Below the pieces are notes generated by a model. It was not told the origin of the DNA. It did not search any database and saw only the letters and a list, made by a program, of their open reading frames with translations. This document shows, piece by piece, positions 18,523 through 28,699 of a DNA stretch of 44,571 nt; within the stretch, counting starts at the first letter, position 1, and each line of letters begins with the position of its first letter. Where the stretch lies: contig JBDTTJ010000002.1 in the NCBI GenBank assembly GCA_039930645.1, positions 1 through 44,571 of the forward strand, given 5' to 3'. Both the position numbers and the translations under genes were made by a program. The DNA comes from Acidobacteriota bacterium. Its GTDB lineage: Bacteria > Acidobacteriota > Thermoanaerobaculia > UBA5066.

Positions 18523-19160
18523 TGGCTGCCGGCCTTGTCGCCCCACAGCTGCTTGAGGCGCGAGTCGCGGCCGCAGCCGGAGCGGTAGAAGTTGTACCGG
18601 ACCGGGTTCTTCTTGTAATAGCTCTGGTGATACTCCTCGGCCTTCCAGAAGGGCGCCGCCTTCACGATCTCGGTCACGATCGGCGCTTTCAGCACCTTCG
18701 AGGCCTCGAGCGCCTTCATGGAGGTCTCGGCGGCAGCCCGCTGCGCGTCGTCGTGGACGAAGATCGCGGTCGTGTACGAGAAGCCCGAGTCGCAGAACTG
18801 GCCGCCCGCGTAGGTGGGGTCGACGTTGTGCCAGAAGACGTCGAGGAGCTTTTCGTACGACACCTTCTTCGGGTCGTAGACGACCTCGATCGCCTCGCGG
18901 TGACCCGTGCCGCCTGCCCCGACCTCGTGGTAGGTCGCGCCAGCCTTCTTGCCTCCGGTGTAGCCCACGGTCGTAGAAACGACGCCGGGGAGGGCGTCGT
19001 AGGGTCCCTGCATGCACCAGAAGCAGCCTCCGGCGAACGTCGCCTTCGCGAGGCCCGCCGGCGCGGGCGGGGTGGCCTGGGTGGGCTCGTCCGCGCGGAC
19101 GAGAGCCGAGAAGAGGACGAGGGCGAAGAGGGGCAGGAGGAATCGGGCGTTGCGGCGCAT
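18519..19160 (-). CDS. msrA: peptide-methionine (S)-S-oxide reductase MsrA with N-terminal signal peptide
   Basis: Catalytic motif GGCFWC, then GYTGG, HREAIEVVYDP and EEYHQSYY. The N-terminus MRRNARFLLPLFALVLFSALVRADEP looks like a Sec signal. Confidence 0.92.
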   Translation of the reverse strand: MRRNARFLLPLFALVLFSALVRADEPTQATPPAPAGLAKATFAGGCFWCMQGPYDALPGVVSTTVGYTGGKKAGATYHEVGAGGTGHREAIEVVYDPKKVSYEKLLDVFWHNVDPTYAGGQFCDSGFSYTTAIFVHDDAQRAAAETSMKALEASKVLKAPIVTEIVKAAPFWKAEEYHQSYYKKNPVRYNFYRSGCGRDSRLKQLWGDKAGSH

Positions 19161-19228
19161 CGTGTCTCCAGAAGGGATACGCGGGGTCTCCCCTCCGTGG
19201 ATGCCGGAAGGGCGCCCGACCATTCCCT

Positions 19229-19804
19229 TCAGAGAACGTACGGACGAAGGAAGAGTTTCGTCAGGGCGTCGGCGACCGACTGGAAGGCGAGGTCGAGGCC
19301 GGCGGCCTCCTCGGGCGTGAACCAGCCGACCTCCAGCGTCTCGTCGCCCGCGTGCGGCTCGCGGCTCCCGGGCGCGAGGAGCCCGCGGTAGACCGCCACG
19401 ACGACGGGCCGGCCCGGATACGAGAAGAGGCCGAGGAGCCCGTCGAGGTCGGCGATCGCGCCGCACTCCTCCAGCGTCTCGCGGAGCGCCGCCTCCTCGA
19501 CGGTCTCACCCCGGTCCACATGGCCGCCCGGGAACGTCCATTTGCCGTAGCCGGGCTCGATCGCGCGCTTGACGAGGAGGACGCGCTCGTCGCGGACGAT
19601 CAGGACGCCCGCGGCGACCTTCGGGTCGATCCAGTGCACGGCGCCGCAGGCCGGGCACACCGGCACGCTGCGCCCCGGGCCCAGCTCCTTCGATTCGAGC
19701 CTTCGCGCGCACTGCGTGCAGAAGACCGGCAGCTCGTACACCGGCGTCAGGCTATCGCGTTTTGGCGGCCCTTGACGGATCACGAGGACGTAACCAGAAT
19801 CCAC
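19229..19804 (-). CDS. NUDIX hydrolase with N-terminal zinc-ribbon
   Basis: Nudix box GGHVDRGETVEEAALRETLEECG. CxxC...CxxC motif (CTQC...CPAC). Start uncertain. Confidence 0.85.
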   Translation of the reverse strand: MDSGYVLVIRQGPPKRDSLTPVYELPVFCTQCARRLESKELGPGRSVPVCPACGAVHWIDPKVAAGVLIVRDERVLLVKRAIEPGYGKWTFPGGHVDRGETVEEAALRETLEECGAIADLDGLLGLFSYPGRPVVVAVYRGLLAPGSREPHAGDETLEVGWFTPEEAAGLDLAFQSVADALTKLFLRPYVL

Positions 19805-19842
19805 CGTCCTTGCGGGCCTTGGCCCGCTTCCCCGGAGGGCCC

Positions 19843-20526
19843 TTGACCAACAAAAGCAAGTGGACCGAAGACGACGCCCGGTGGCTCAAGGCCAACTTCG
19901 GGCGCATGGACTCCCAGACGCTCTCTCGCAAGCTGGGCCTCTCGCTCGAGGATCTCGAGAAGAAGGTCAAGCTGCTCAAGCTCGTCGCACACGAGCCCGA
20001 CAAGACGCGCAAGGCGCCGGCATCGCTCAAGGAAGCGGTGCGTGAGTCGTCCGCGACGCGCAAGGAGTACGAGAAGGCCATCGATCTCTTCCACAAGCGG
20101 CACTTCGACGAAGCGGCCCGGAAGTTCGAGGACCTCATCGTGAAGCACCCCGACGAGAAGGAATTCCTCGACCGCGCGCGCATGTACCTGACGGCGTGCC
20201 GGAACGGGAAGAAGGGCAAGGCCGCCTCGGGGGACAGCCCGGAGGAGATCTACCACGCCGCCGTGTTCGAGAAGAACCGCGGCAACGTCGAGAAGGCCCT
20301 CGAGCTGCTCAAGAAGAACGCGGGCAAGAAGGACGGGGACGGGCGCGGCCATTACCTCGCGGCGTGCTGCTTCGCGCTCCAGGGGGACGCCGAGCAGGCG
20401 CTCCAGGCGCTTCGGAAGGCGATTGCGGCCGACGACCAGAATCGCATCCAGGCGCGCCTCGAAGCGGACCTCGCGGTCCTGCGCGGCACGCAGGGGTTCA
20501 CGGAGCTCGTCGCGGGAGGCGTGTGA
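19843..20526 (+). CDS. TPR-like helical-repeat protein, function unknown
   Basis: The ORF is open from 19762. I prefer the TTG at 19843, which is preceded by GGAGGG and does not overlap the divergent NUDIX gene. The sequence is helical and Lys/Glu-rich with a TPR-like C-terminus. Confidence 0.55.
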   Translation: MTNKSKWTEDDARWLKANFGRMDSQTLSRKLGLSLEDLEKKVKLLKLVAHEPDKTRKAPASLKEAVRESSATRKEYEKAIDLFHKRHFDEAARKFEDLIVKHPDEKEFLDRARMYLTACRNGKKGKAASGDSPEEIYHAAVFEKNRGNVEKALELLKKNAGKKDGDGRGHYLAACCFALQGDAEQALQALRKAIAADDQNRIQARLEADLAVLRGTQGFTELVAGGV

Positions 20527-21923
20527 CCTCCGTCGTCCTCCTGGCCGCGGGCCGCGGCGTGAGGATGAAGTCGTCGCGGCCGAAGGTGCTCCACCAGGCG
20601 GCGGGCCGGCCGCTCCTCGACCGCGCGCTCGACACGGCGTTCGCCGTCGCGGGCGATCCCGCGAACGTCGTCGTCGTGATTTCGAAGAAAGACTCGGAGA
20701 CGGTCGGTCGCCACCTGAGTGCGAACCATCCGCGCGTTCGTGTCGCCGTCCAGGATCTCCCGCGCGGCACGGGCGACGCGGTGCGCGCCGCGGCCGCCGC
20801 CGGCGCGTTCGGCAAGGCGAAGATCGTCGTCGTCCTCTCGGGCGACGTGCCGCTCCTCGAGGCAGGCGCGGTGAAAGCGCTCGTCGACGCGCTCGCCAAG
20901 GACAAGAAGGCCGCGGTCGCCGTTCTGACGGCGACGCTCGCGAACCCCACGGGCTACGGCCGGATCGTGCGGGACAAGAAGAAGTCCTTTGTTCGGATAA
21001 GAGAAGAAAAAGACTCTTCTGCGAATGAGAAGAAGATCGCGGAGATCAACACCGGGACTTATGCCTTCGATCGGGCCTTTCTCGATCGGTCCCTTCCCCT
21101 CCTCACTTCCAGGAATTCCCAGTCCGAGTTCTACCTGACCGACGTCCTTTCCCTCGCGCTGAAGGCGAAGCGCAAGGTGGTCACGGTCTCCGGCGATCCC
21201 GCCGCGGCGCTGGGGGTCAACTCCCGCGAGGACCTTGCCGTCGTGGACCGGCTCCTCCGCGAGCGGGCCGTCGTCGCGGCGATGCGCGGCGGGGCGACGA
21301 TCCTGCGTCCCGAGACGGTCACGCTGGACGAGACCGTCGTCCTCGAGCCGGACACGACGATCGAGCCGTTCGTGACGCTTCTCGGGAAGACGGTCGTCGG
21401 AAGCGGCACGACGATCGGCCAGGGATGCGTCGTGAGGAACGCCGTCTTCGGGAAGAACGTCACGGTCAAGCCTTACTGCGTCATCGAATCTGCGGTCGTC
21501 GGCGACGGCTGCGTCGTGGGGCCCTTCGCCCGCCTGCGCGAGGGGACCGACCTTTCCGCGGGCGTCCACGTCGGGAACTTCGTCGAGACGAAGAAGGCGA
21601 AGCTCCACGAGGGCGCCAAGGCGAACCACCTGACGTACCTGGGCGACACGGAGATCGGCCCGCGCACGAACGTCGGCGCGGGCGTCATCACGTGCAACTA
21701 CGACGGCTTCGCCAAGCACCGGACGACGATCGGCGCGGACGTGTTCGTCGGGTCGGACGTGCAGCTTGTCGCGCCCGTGACGGTCGGCGACGGCGCGATC
21801 ATCGGGGCCGGTACGACGGTCACGGAGGACGTCCCGAAGGACGGCCTCGCCGTCTCCCGCGTGCCGCAGAGGAACCTCGAGGGCGGCGGCGCGGCCTACC
21901 GGGCGCGGAAGAAGAAGAGCTGA
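20523..21923 (+). CDS. glmU: bifunctional UDP-N-acetylglucosamine pyrophosphorylase / glucosamine-1-phosphate N-acetyltransferase
   Basis: Motifs LAAGRGVRMKSSRPKVLH and EINTGTYAF, plus C-terminal hexapeptide repeats and NYDG. The GTG start overlaps the upstream TGA. Confidence 0.93.
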   Translation: MTSVVLLAAGRGVRMKSSRPKVLHQAAGRPLLDRALDTAFAVAGDPANVVVVISKKDSETVGRHLSANHPRVRVAVQDLPRGTGDAVRAAAAAGAFGKAKIVVVLSGDVPLLEAGAVKALVDALAKDKKAAVAVLTATLANPTGYGRIVRDKKKSFVRIREEKDSSANEKKIAEINTGTYAFDRAFLDRSLPLLTSRNSQSEFYLTDVLSLALKAKRKVVTVSGDPAAALGVNSREDLAVVDRLLRERAVVAAMRGGATILRPETVTLDETVVLEPDTTIEPFVTLLGKTVVGSGTTIGQGCVVRNAVFGKNVTVKPYCVIESAVVGDGCVVGPFARLREGTDLSAGVHVGNFVETKKAKLHEGAKANHLTYLGDTEIGPRTNVGAGVITCNYDGFAKHRTTIGADVFVGSDVQLVAPVTVGDGAIIGAGTTVTEDVPKDGLAVSRVPQRNLEGGGAAYRARKKKS

Positions 21924-21927
21924 CGCG

Positions 21928-23781
<1,854 letters not shown>

Positions 23782-23820
23782 ACGCGCGCGGCGCGCGCGC
23801 GTGCGCTACCATCGCGCCCC

Positions 23821-26205
23821 TTGGTCGCCCGCCCGGAAGATCTCCTCGAAGGCCTCAATCCCGAACAGGCCGCCGCCGTCTCGCACGGCGAAGGGCCGCT
23901 TCTCGTCCTCGCAGGGGCCGGCTCGGGGAAGACGCGCGTCCTGACGCGCCGGCTCGCGTGGCTCGTCGCGCACGGCGTCCCGCAGGAGGCGATCGTCGCC
24001 GTCACGTTCACGAACAAGGCCGCCGGCGAGATGAAGGAACGCGTCGCGAACCTCCTCGGCACCGAGCGCCCCCGCTCGTACGTCGGGACGTTCCACTCCT
24101 GGGGCGTGCGCCTCCTACGCCGCTTCGCGGACGAGGCGGGCCTCCCTCGGGGGTTCGTCGTCTTCGACTCGGACGACCAGCTCGCGGTCGTCAAGCGCGT
24201 CATGAAGGAGGTCGCGATCCCCGAGAAGTCCGCGACCCCGCGCCAGATCCAGTCGAAGATCTCCACGGCCAAGAACGAGGGCATCTCGCCCGACGACTTC
24301 CCGCGCCGCTTCGGCGACTTCCTCGGCTCGCGCCTCGCGGACGTGGCGCGCCGCTACGAGAAAACGCTCCGGGCGTCACAGGCCCTCGACTTCGACGACC
24401 TCCTCGTCCTCTCGGCCAAGCTCGTGGGCACGAACGAGAAGGTGCGCGATCTCCTCCGCCGCAGCATCCGCCACCTGCTCGTCGACGAGTACCAGGACAC
24501 GAACCGCGTGCAGGCGAAGCTCGTGAAGCTCGTGACGGGCGAGGCCGGCAACCTCTTCGTCGTGGGCGACGAGGACCAGTCCATCTACCGCTGGCGCGGG
24601 GCGGACGTGTCGAACATCCTGGAGTTCACGCGCGACTTTCCGACCGCGAAGACGGTCCGCCTCGAGCGCAACTACCGCTCGACGGCGCCGATCCTGAAGG
24701 CCGCGGGCGCGGTCGTCGCCGAGAACAGGCGCCGCCTCGGCAAGACGCTCAAGGCCACGAAGACGGGCGGGGAAAAGGTGCGGCTCGTCGCGTTCGACGA
24801 GGAGCGCGACGAGGCCCGCGAGATCATCCAGCGCGTTGCCGCGGCGCGGCGCGCCCGGCCGCAGGGCGAAGTGGCGGTCCTCTTTCGCACGAACGCGCAG
24901 TCCCGGCCCTTCGAAGACGAGCTCCTGCGCGGGAACCTGCCGTACATCCTCGTCGGCGGGACGAAGTTCTACGAGCGGGCCGAGATCAAGGACCTCCTCG
25001 CCTACCTGCGCCTCGCGCGGAACCCGGCGGATGGCGTGTCGTTCCGGCGGGTCGTCAACGTCCCCGCGCGGGGCGTGGGCGCCGCGACGCTGGAGGCGCT
25101 CGAGGCCCATGCGGTGGAGAAGGACCTTTCTCTCCTCGCGGCCCTCGACGAACTGCCCTCCGGAATGACGGAGCGGGCGCGGAAGGCCCTGACCGAGTTC
25201 CGGGACCTCGTGAAGCGCCTCGCGGACTTCGGTTCGACGGAGAACGCCGGCGCGGCCTCGCCGAACGGCGCGGCGGCGGTCATGGCGTTCGCGCTGGAGG
25301 AAACGGGCCTCGCGAAGCTCTACGAGAACACCCTCGACCCGCAGGACGAGGCCCGCCGCGAGAACCTCGACGAGCTGCTCGCGGCGGCGCGCGAACACGA
25401 GCGTGCCGCGTCCTACGGCGCCGAGGGCGACGACCCGACGATCGCGGGCTTCCTCGACGCGGTGACGCTGCGCGCGGACGCCGACGAGGCCGACGAGAAG
25501 AAGGGCATCCTCCTCATCACGCTGCACGCCGCCAAGGGCCTGGAGTTCGACGACGTCTTCCTGGCGGGCGCCGAGGACGGCTCGCTGCCGCACGCCTCAT
25601 CGCGCGACGACGACGACGCGTTCGAGGAAGAGCGCCGCCTCGCGTACGTCGGGATGACGCGCGCCAAGGAGCGCCTCACGATCTCGTGGGTCCGGCGCCG
25701 GATGGTGCGCGGAGAGTGGATGAGCCGCGACCGGTCGCCGTTCCTCGACGCGATCCCGGGCGAGGTCGTCGCCTACGAGGACATGACTTCTGGGTTCGGA
25801 GGAAGAACCGGGGAGCTTTTAGGGGGAGGGAGAAGAGGGGATTTCCTAGAAGGTGGAAGAAGCTGGTCGCGCGGCGAGGCGAGGTTCGCCTCGGGCGGCT
25901 CTCTGTTCCCCGACTACGAGAACGAATCCCAGGAACCCTCCCCCTCTTCACCTTCGAAGAAATCCCTCTTCGGCCGTCCCCCGATGCGGAACATCACCCC
26001 CGTCAGGGGGGTGATGAAGCGGACGCCGCCGCCGCCGACCGCCTCAGGCTTCCGGCGCGGGTCGAAGGTGCTGCATCCCGAGTACGGAGTCGGGGTGGTC
26101 CTTACGGTGGAAGGCTCCGGCGACGCGGAGAAGCTGGTCGTCTACTTCGACCGGGCCGGCCGCAAGAAGTTCGTCGCGAAGTTCGCGAACCTGTCGCCGG
26201 CCTAG
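23821..26205 (+). CDS. uvrD: ATP-dependent DNA helicase, UvrD/PcrA family
   Basis: Motifs LNPEQAAAV, AGAGSGKT, VTFTNKAA, DEYQDTN, YRS, TLHAAKGLEF, VGMTRA, plus a C-terminal Tudor-like VLHPEYGVGVV. The only in-frame start after the glmS stop is TTG at 23821. Confidence 0.92.
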   Translation: MVARPEDLLEGLNPEQAAAVSHGEGPLLVLAGAGSGKTRVLTRRLAWLVAHGVPQEAIVAVTFTNKAAGEMKERVANLLGTERPRSYVGTFHSWGVRLLRRFADEAGLPRGFVVFDSDDQLAVVKRVMKEVAIPEKSATPRQIQSKISTAKNEGISPDDFPRRFGDFLGSRLADVARRYEKTLRASQALDFDDLLVLSAKLVGTNEKVRDLLRRSIRHLLVDEYQDTNRVQAKLVKLVTGEAGNLFVVGDEDQSIYRWRGADVSNILEFTRDFPTAKTVRLERNYRSTAPILKAAGAVVAENRRRLGKTLKATKTGGEKVRLVAFDEERDEAREIIQRVAAARRARPQGEVAVLFRTNAQSRPFEDELLRGNLPYILVGGTKFYERAEIKDLLAYLRLARNPADGVSFRRVVNVPARGVGAATLEALEAHAVEKDLSLLAALDELPSGMTERARKALTEFRDLVKRLADFGSTENAGAASPNGAAAVMAFALEETGLAKLYENTLDPQDEARRENLDELLAAAREHERAASYGAEGDDPTIAGFLDAVTLRADADEADEKKGILLITLHAAKGLEFDDVFLAGAEDGSLPHASSRDDDDAFEEERRLAYVGMTRAKERLTISWVRRRMVRGEWMSRDRSPFLDAIPGEVVAYEDMTSGFGGRTGELLGGGRRGDFLEGGRSWSRGEARFASGGSLFPDYENESQEPSPSSPSKKSLFGRPPMRNITPVRGVMKRTPPPPTASGFRRGSKVLHPEYGVGVVLTVEGSGDAEKLVVYFDRAGRKKFVAKFANLSPA

Positions 26206-27881
26206 CCGGGATCTTTCGCCAGCGCCGCGACCGCCCTGCGGAGCTTGCCGTGCGCGTCGAAGAGGCGGACGAAGTCGGACTCGCGCCGTCCGCCCTTGGC
26301 CCGGATGACGGCCGCGAGAGCGCGCCTCTCCGCCGCCGACCAGGCCCTTACGCCCGGCAGGACCGAGACGAGCGGCGCCCAGCGCCGGAAGGCGAGGCGC
26401 TCGGCACCCGTCCAGCCGCCCATCCGCGCGCCGAGCAGGCGCGCCGCCTCCGCGGTCAGGACCGCCTCCGCCCTCTCGCGATCCGACCCGAAACGCGCGG
26501 CCACCATGTCGACGACGCGGAGTCCGACGTTCGGCAGCTCGACGAGGCCGATCGCGTCGCTGCGCTCCCGTCCGCCGAACCAGTAGAGGTTCTCCGAGGC
26601 GAGGATCTTGAGGTCCGGGAGGGAGGTGCGGTGCTTCGGGTCCGCGGCCATCCGCCGCTCTTCCTCGTGCATGAGCGCCACGGCGCGGGGAGCCCGGGGC
26701 GCAAAACCGAGCTTGCGGTAGAACCACCACGCGCCCGATTGAAGCGCCTCGGGGTTGCCGTAGCCGCCGAGCTGGTACGGAAAGATCGTGAAGACGTCCG
26801 AGCCGAAGAGGGCGCGCGACATCGAGAGAACCTTGCCGTAGACGAGGCCCGACTCGCCGCCGCGGAACGACTCGAAGACGTTGTAGGCGATCTCGGAGGA
26901 GCCGAAGAGAGCGCTCGTGAGGACGTAACCGATCGGGGCGCCGTTTTTCAGCGTCAGGAACCCGTAGACCGACTCGAGGAGCAGCCGGCGCTCGGGAACG
27001 ACGCCTATCGCGGCGAAGGCGAGTCCATCCGGGTACGTCACGAGGCGGACGTCCTCCGGGTCGCCCCACTGGAACGCGTCGAGGTCCCGCGCCCGCGCGA
27101 CCATCGCTTCCTTCGCGAGGTCGAGATAGCGCTCGGCATCCCGGCGGGGGACGGCCTCGACGGAGAGCGGCGGCCGGGCGATCTCGCGGCGGACGTCGGG
27201 GCGTCCGCGGTCGAGGGGCGTGGTCTGGAAGACGACGGGCGCCGTCCGGATGCATGCGTTGGTGCGGGCCGGAGTGCCGGGGCCGGGCTCGAGGACGAGC
27301 GGCAGCTCGAGTCCCTCCCAGGACCACTCCTTCTCGAACGTCCCCTTGCCGAGCGTCGCGAACCTCCGGACGAGAAACGCGGCGTCGGTCTCCTTCGAGC
27401 CCTTGAGGCGCTTCACCCAGGCGCGTATCCCGAGATCGAGCTCGTCGAGGGCAGGCGTCTCGGCCCAGAGCGTGACGAGGGGGAGGAGGCGCTCGAGAGC
27501 GGCGCCCTTTTCGAACCGCCGCCAGTCCACGCGGAGATGTTTGCCCCAGCGCGCGGCGAGCCAGCGCGCGGTGCCGGCAAAGAAGGGGAAGCGTGTCTTC
27601 GTGCCCGCGATGCCGCTGTCCTCCAGCGCGGTGCGGTGACGCTTCAGGTCGGGCCGCCGGGCGAAGCGCGCGAGGAGAACCTCGGTGCGCGCGAGCACGG
27701 CCGCGTCGTCCGGATAAGCGCGCAGGAAGCACAGCGTCTCGTGCAGCCGCTCGACGTCTCTCGCGGTGCCGAGCCGGGCGCGCGCGACGACGTCCAGCGC
27801 CGCGAGCCGCCGGGCGGCTGCCGAGGGGCCTCGCTCGGTCCGCGCCGCCTCGAGGACGCGGAGGGCCTCGCGGGCGGTCAC
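26202..27881 (-). CDS. hypothetical 559-aa protein with a central GNAT-like segment, co-operonic with padR
   Basis: The GTG start overlaps the padR stop (GTGA at 27881-27878). The central region GFLTLKNGAPIGYV...FRGGESG...GAWWFYRKLGF resembles an acyl-CoA N-acyltransferase fold. The rest is unassigned. Confidence 0.6.
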   Translation of the reverse strand: MTAREALRVLEAARTERGPSAAARRLAALDVVARARLGTARDVERLHETLCFLRAYPDDAAVLARTEVLLARFARRPDLKRHRTALEDSGIAGTKTRFPFFAGTARWLAARWGKHLRVDWRRFEKGAALERLLPLVTLWAETPALDELDLGIRAWVKRLKGSKETDAAFLVRRFATLGKGTFEKEWSWEGLELPLVLEPGPGTPARTNACIRTAPVVFQTTPLDRGRPDVRREIARPPLSVEAVPRRDAERYLDLAKEAMVARARDLDAFQWGDPEDVRLVTYPDGLAFAAIGVVPERRLLLESVYGFLTLKNGAPIGYVLTSALFGSSEIAYNVFESFRGGESGLVYGKVLSMSRALFGSDVFTIFPYQLGGYGNPEALQSGAWWFYRKLGFAPRAPRAVALMHEEERRMAADPKHRTSLPDLKILASENLYWFGGRERSDAIGLVELPNVGLRVVDMVAARFGSDRERAEAVLTAEAARLLGARMGGWTGAERLAFRRWAPLVSVLPGVRAWSAAERRALAAVIRAKGGRRESDFVRLFDAHGKLRRAVAALAKDPG

Positions 27882-28396
27882 GGGCGCTCCTTCGCGGCGG
27901 GGCCGAGCGAGCGGCCCGCGAGGAGCGCGGCCGACTCCGCGTCGGCCCACGCGAGCTCCGTCTCGAGCAGGACGCGTCGTCGGCGCCGCGCGGCGGTCGT
28001 GCCGGTCGCAGCGCGCTGGAGCTCGTCGGCGAGGAGGCCGCGATATTCCTGCAGGCGCCGCATGCGGTCGGGCGGAAGGCCGCGCTCGAGGAGGGCGAGC
28101 CTCGCGAGAGTCGCGTCGTGCGGGCGGGGGAGCGCGTAGGGCTCGGCGAGCCAGTCCTTCAGCTCACGGCGGCCGGACGGCGTCACGCGGTACTCCCGCC
28201 GCGGAGGTCCCTGCGGCGAGCGCCGCCGCTTGAGGGAGACGAATCCGCCGCGCAGGAGACGGCGCAAAGCCGGGTAGATCTGGGAGAGATCCGCGTCCCA
28301 TCCACGCGCGGGATCCTCGGAGAGCCTCCGCTTGAGATCCCATCCGCTGGCCGGAGCGGTCGAGAGAAGGCCGAGCAGGACGTGCGAGAGCGACAT
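27878..28396 (-). CDS. PadR-family transcriptional regulator
   Basis: N-terminal winged-helix pattern LLGLL...SGWDLKRRL......IYPALRRLLRGGFV...Y.VT..GR.EL..WL. Confidence 0.88.
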   Translation of the reverse strand: MSLSHVLLGLLSTAPASGWDLKRRLSEDPARGWDADLSQIYPALRRLLRGGFVSLKRRRSPQGPPRREYRVTPSGRRELKDWLAEPYALPRPHDATLARLALLERGLPPDRMRRLQEYRGLLADELQRAATGTTAARRRRRVLLETELAWADAESAALLAGRSLGPAAKERP

Positions 28397-28402
28397 GCCG
28401 TG

Positions 28403-28433
28403 AGTATATGAGACTTCACATACCGCCGTGCAA
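28403..28433 (-). promoter_or_regulatory. candidate padR promoter (leaderless) with overlapping imperfect inverted repeat
   Basis: On the minus strand, TTGCAC (28433-28428) is followed by a 19-nt spacer and TATACT (28408-28403). Only 6 nt separate the -10 from the ATG at 28396, and there is no SD. The inverted repeat GTATATGAGA/CTTCACATAC (28404-28423, 7 of 10 positions pair) lies between the -35 and -10. Confidence 0.35.
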
Positions 28434-28493
28434 AACCCGAGGAATACGCTGTGGAAATCTCAGGGTCCGGGGAACGCCAGGATGGCGCCCGGA

Positions 28494-28523
28494 CAAAAAA
28501 ATAAGGGGGCTGGTGTAGCCCCC
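28494..28523 (-). terminator. intrinsic terminator downstream of the micro-ORF
   Basis: The minus strand reads GGGGGC-UACACCA-GCCCCC followed by UUAUUUUUUUUG. Confidence 0.7.
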
Positions 28524-28568
28524 GAATCCCGGAAATACCTTGAATTGGAATGGTTTGAAGTAACTAAG

Positions 28569-28631
28569 TTACTTCTTACCCTTCTTCGCCTTCTTGGTGC
28601 TCTTCTTAGCAGCTTTCTTCTTGGCCGGCAT
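28569..28631 (-). CDS. 20-aa lysine-rich micro-protein MPAKKKAAKKSTKKAKKGKK (not in the ORF track)
   Basis: ATG at 28631 and TAA at 28571-28569. Extended SD TAAGGAGGTGA at 28650-28640. AAG:AAA = 11:1 and GC3 is about 79% inside an island of about 51% GC. It has its own promoter and terminator. Confidence 0.6.
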   Translation of the reverse strand: MPAKKKAAKKSTKKAKKGKK

Positions 28632-28663
28632 GGTTTCTGTCACCTCCTTACTGGCAGGTTTCG

Positions 28664-28693
28664 TTGACAGTGCCGGAAGCTGCATGCTAGGTT
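28664..28693 (+). promoter_or_regulatory. candidate sigma70-type promoter for an antisense RNA
   Basis: Consensus -35 TTGACA (28664-28669), an 18-nt spacer, then -10 TAGGTT (28688-28693). Confidence 0.45.
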
Positions 28694-28699
28694 GTCCGC

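Noticed and set aside
21924-21927. A glmS ribozyme or leader upstream of glmS
   Set aside because: Only 4 nt separate the glmU stop from the glmS ATG, which leaves no room for a ribozyme.
26202-26205. 4-nt convergent stop-stop overlaps (uvrD with the GNAT-like gene at 26202-26205; SDR with msrA at 18519-22; vapC with DPP-IV at 41713-16) and 8 GTGA/ATGA start-stop overlaps (plus one 1-nt TGATG overlap), considered as a special signal
   Set aside because: These are common consequences of tight gene packing and translational coupling in high-GC genomes. They were used as supporting evidence for start-site choice, not as a finding.
28397-28631. The Lys-rich micro-ORF plus downstream terminator acting as a leader-peptide attenuator for the padR operon
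   Set aside because: I could find no alternative antiterminator pairing that involves the 5' arm of the 28505-28523 hairpin and the ORF end. padR also has its own plausible promoter downstream of the terminator. Lys-codon attenuation is not an established mechanism.
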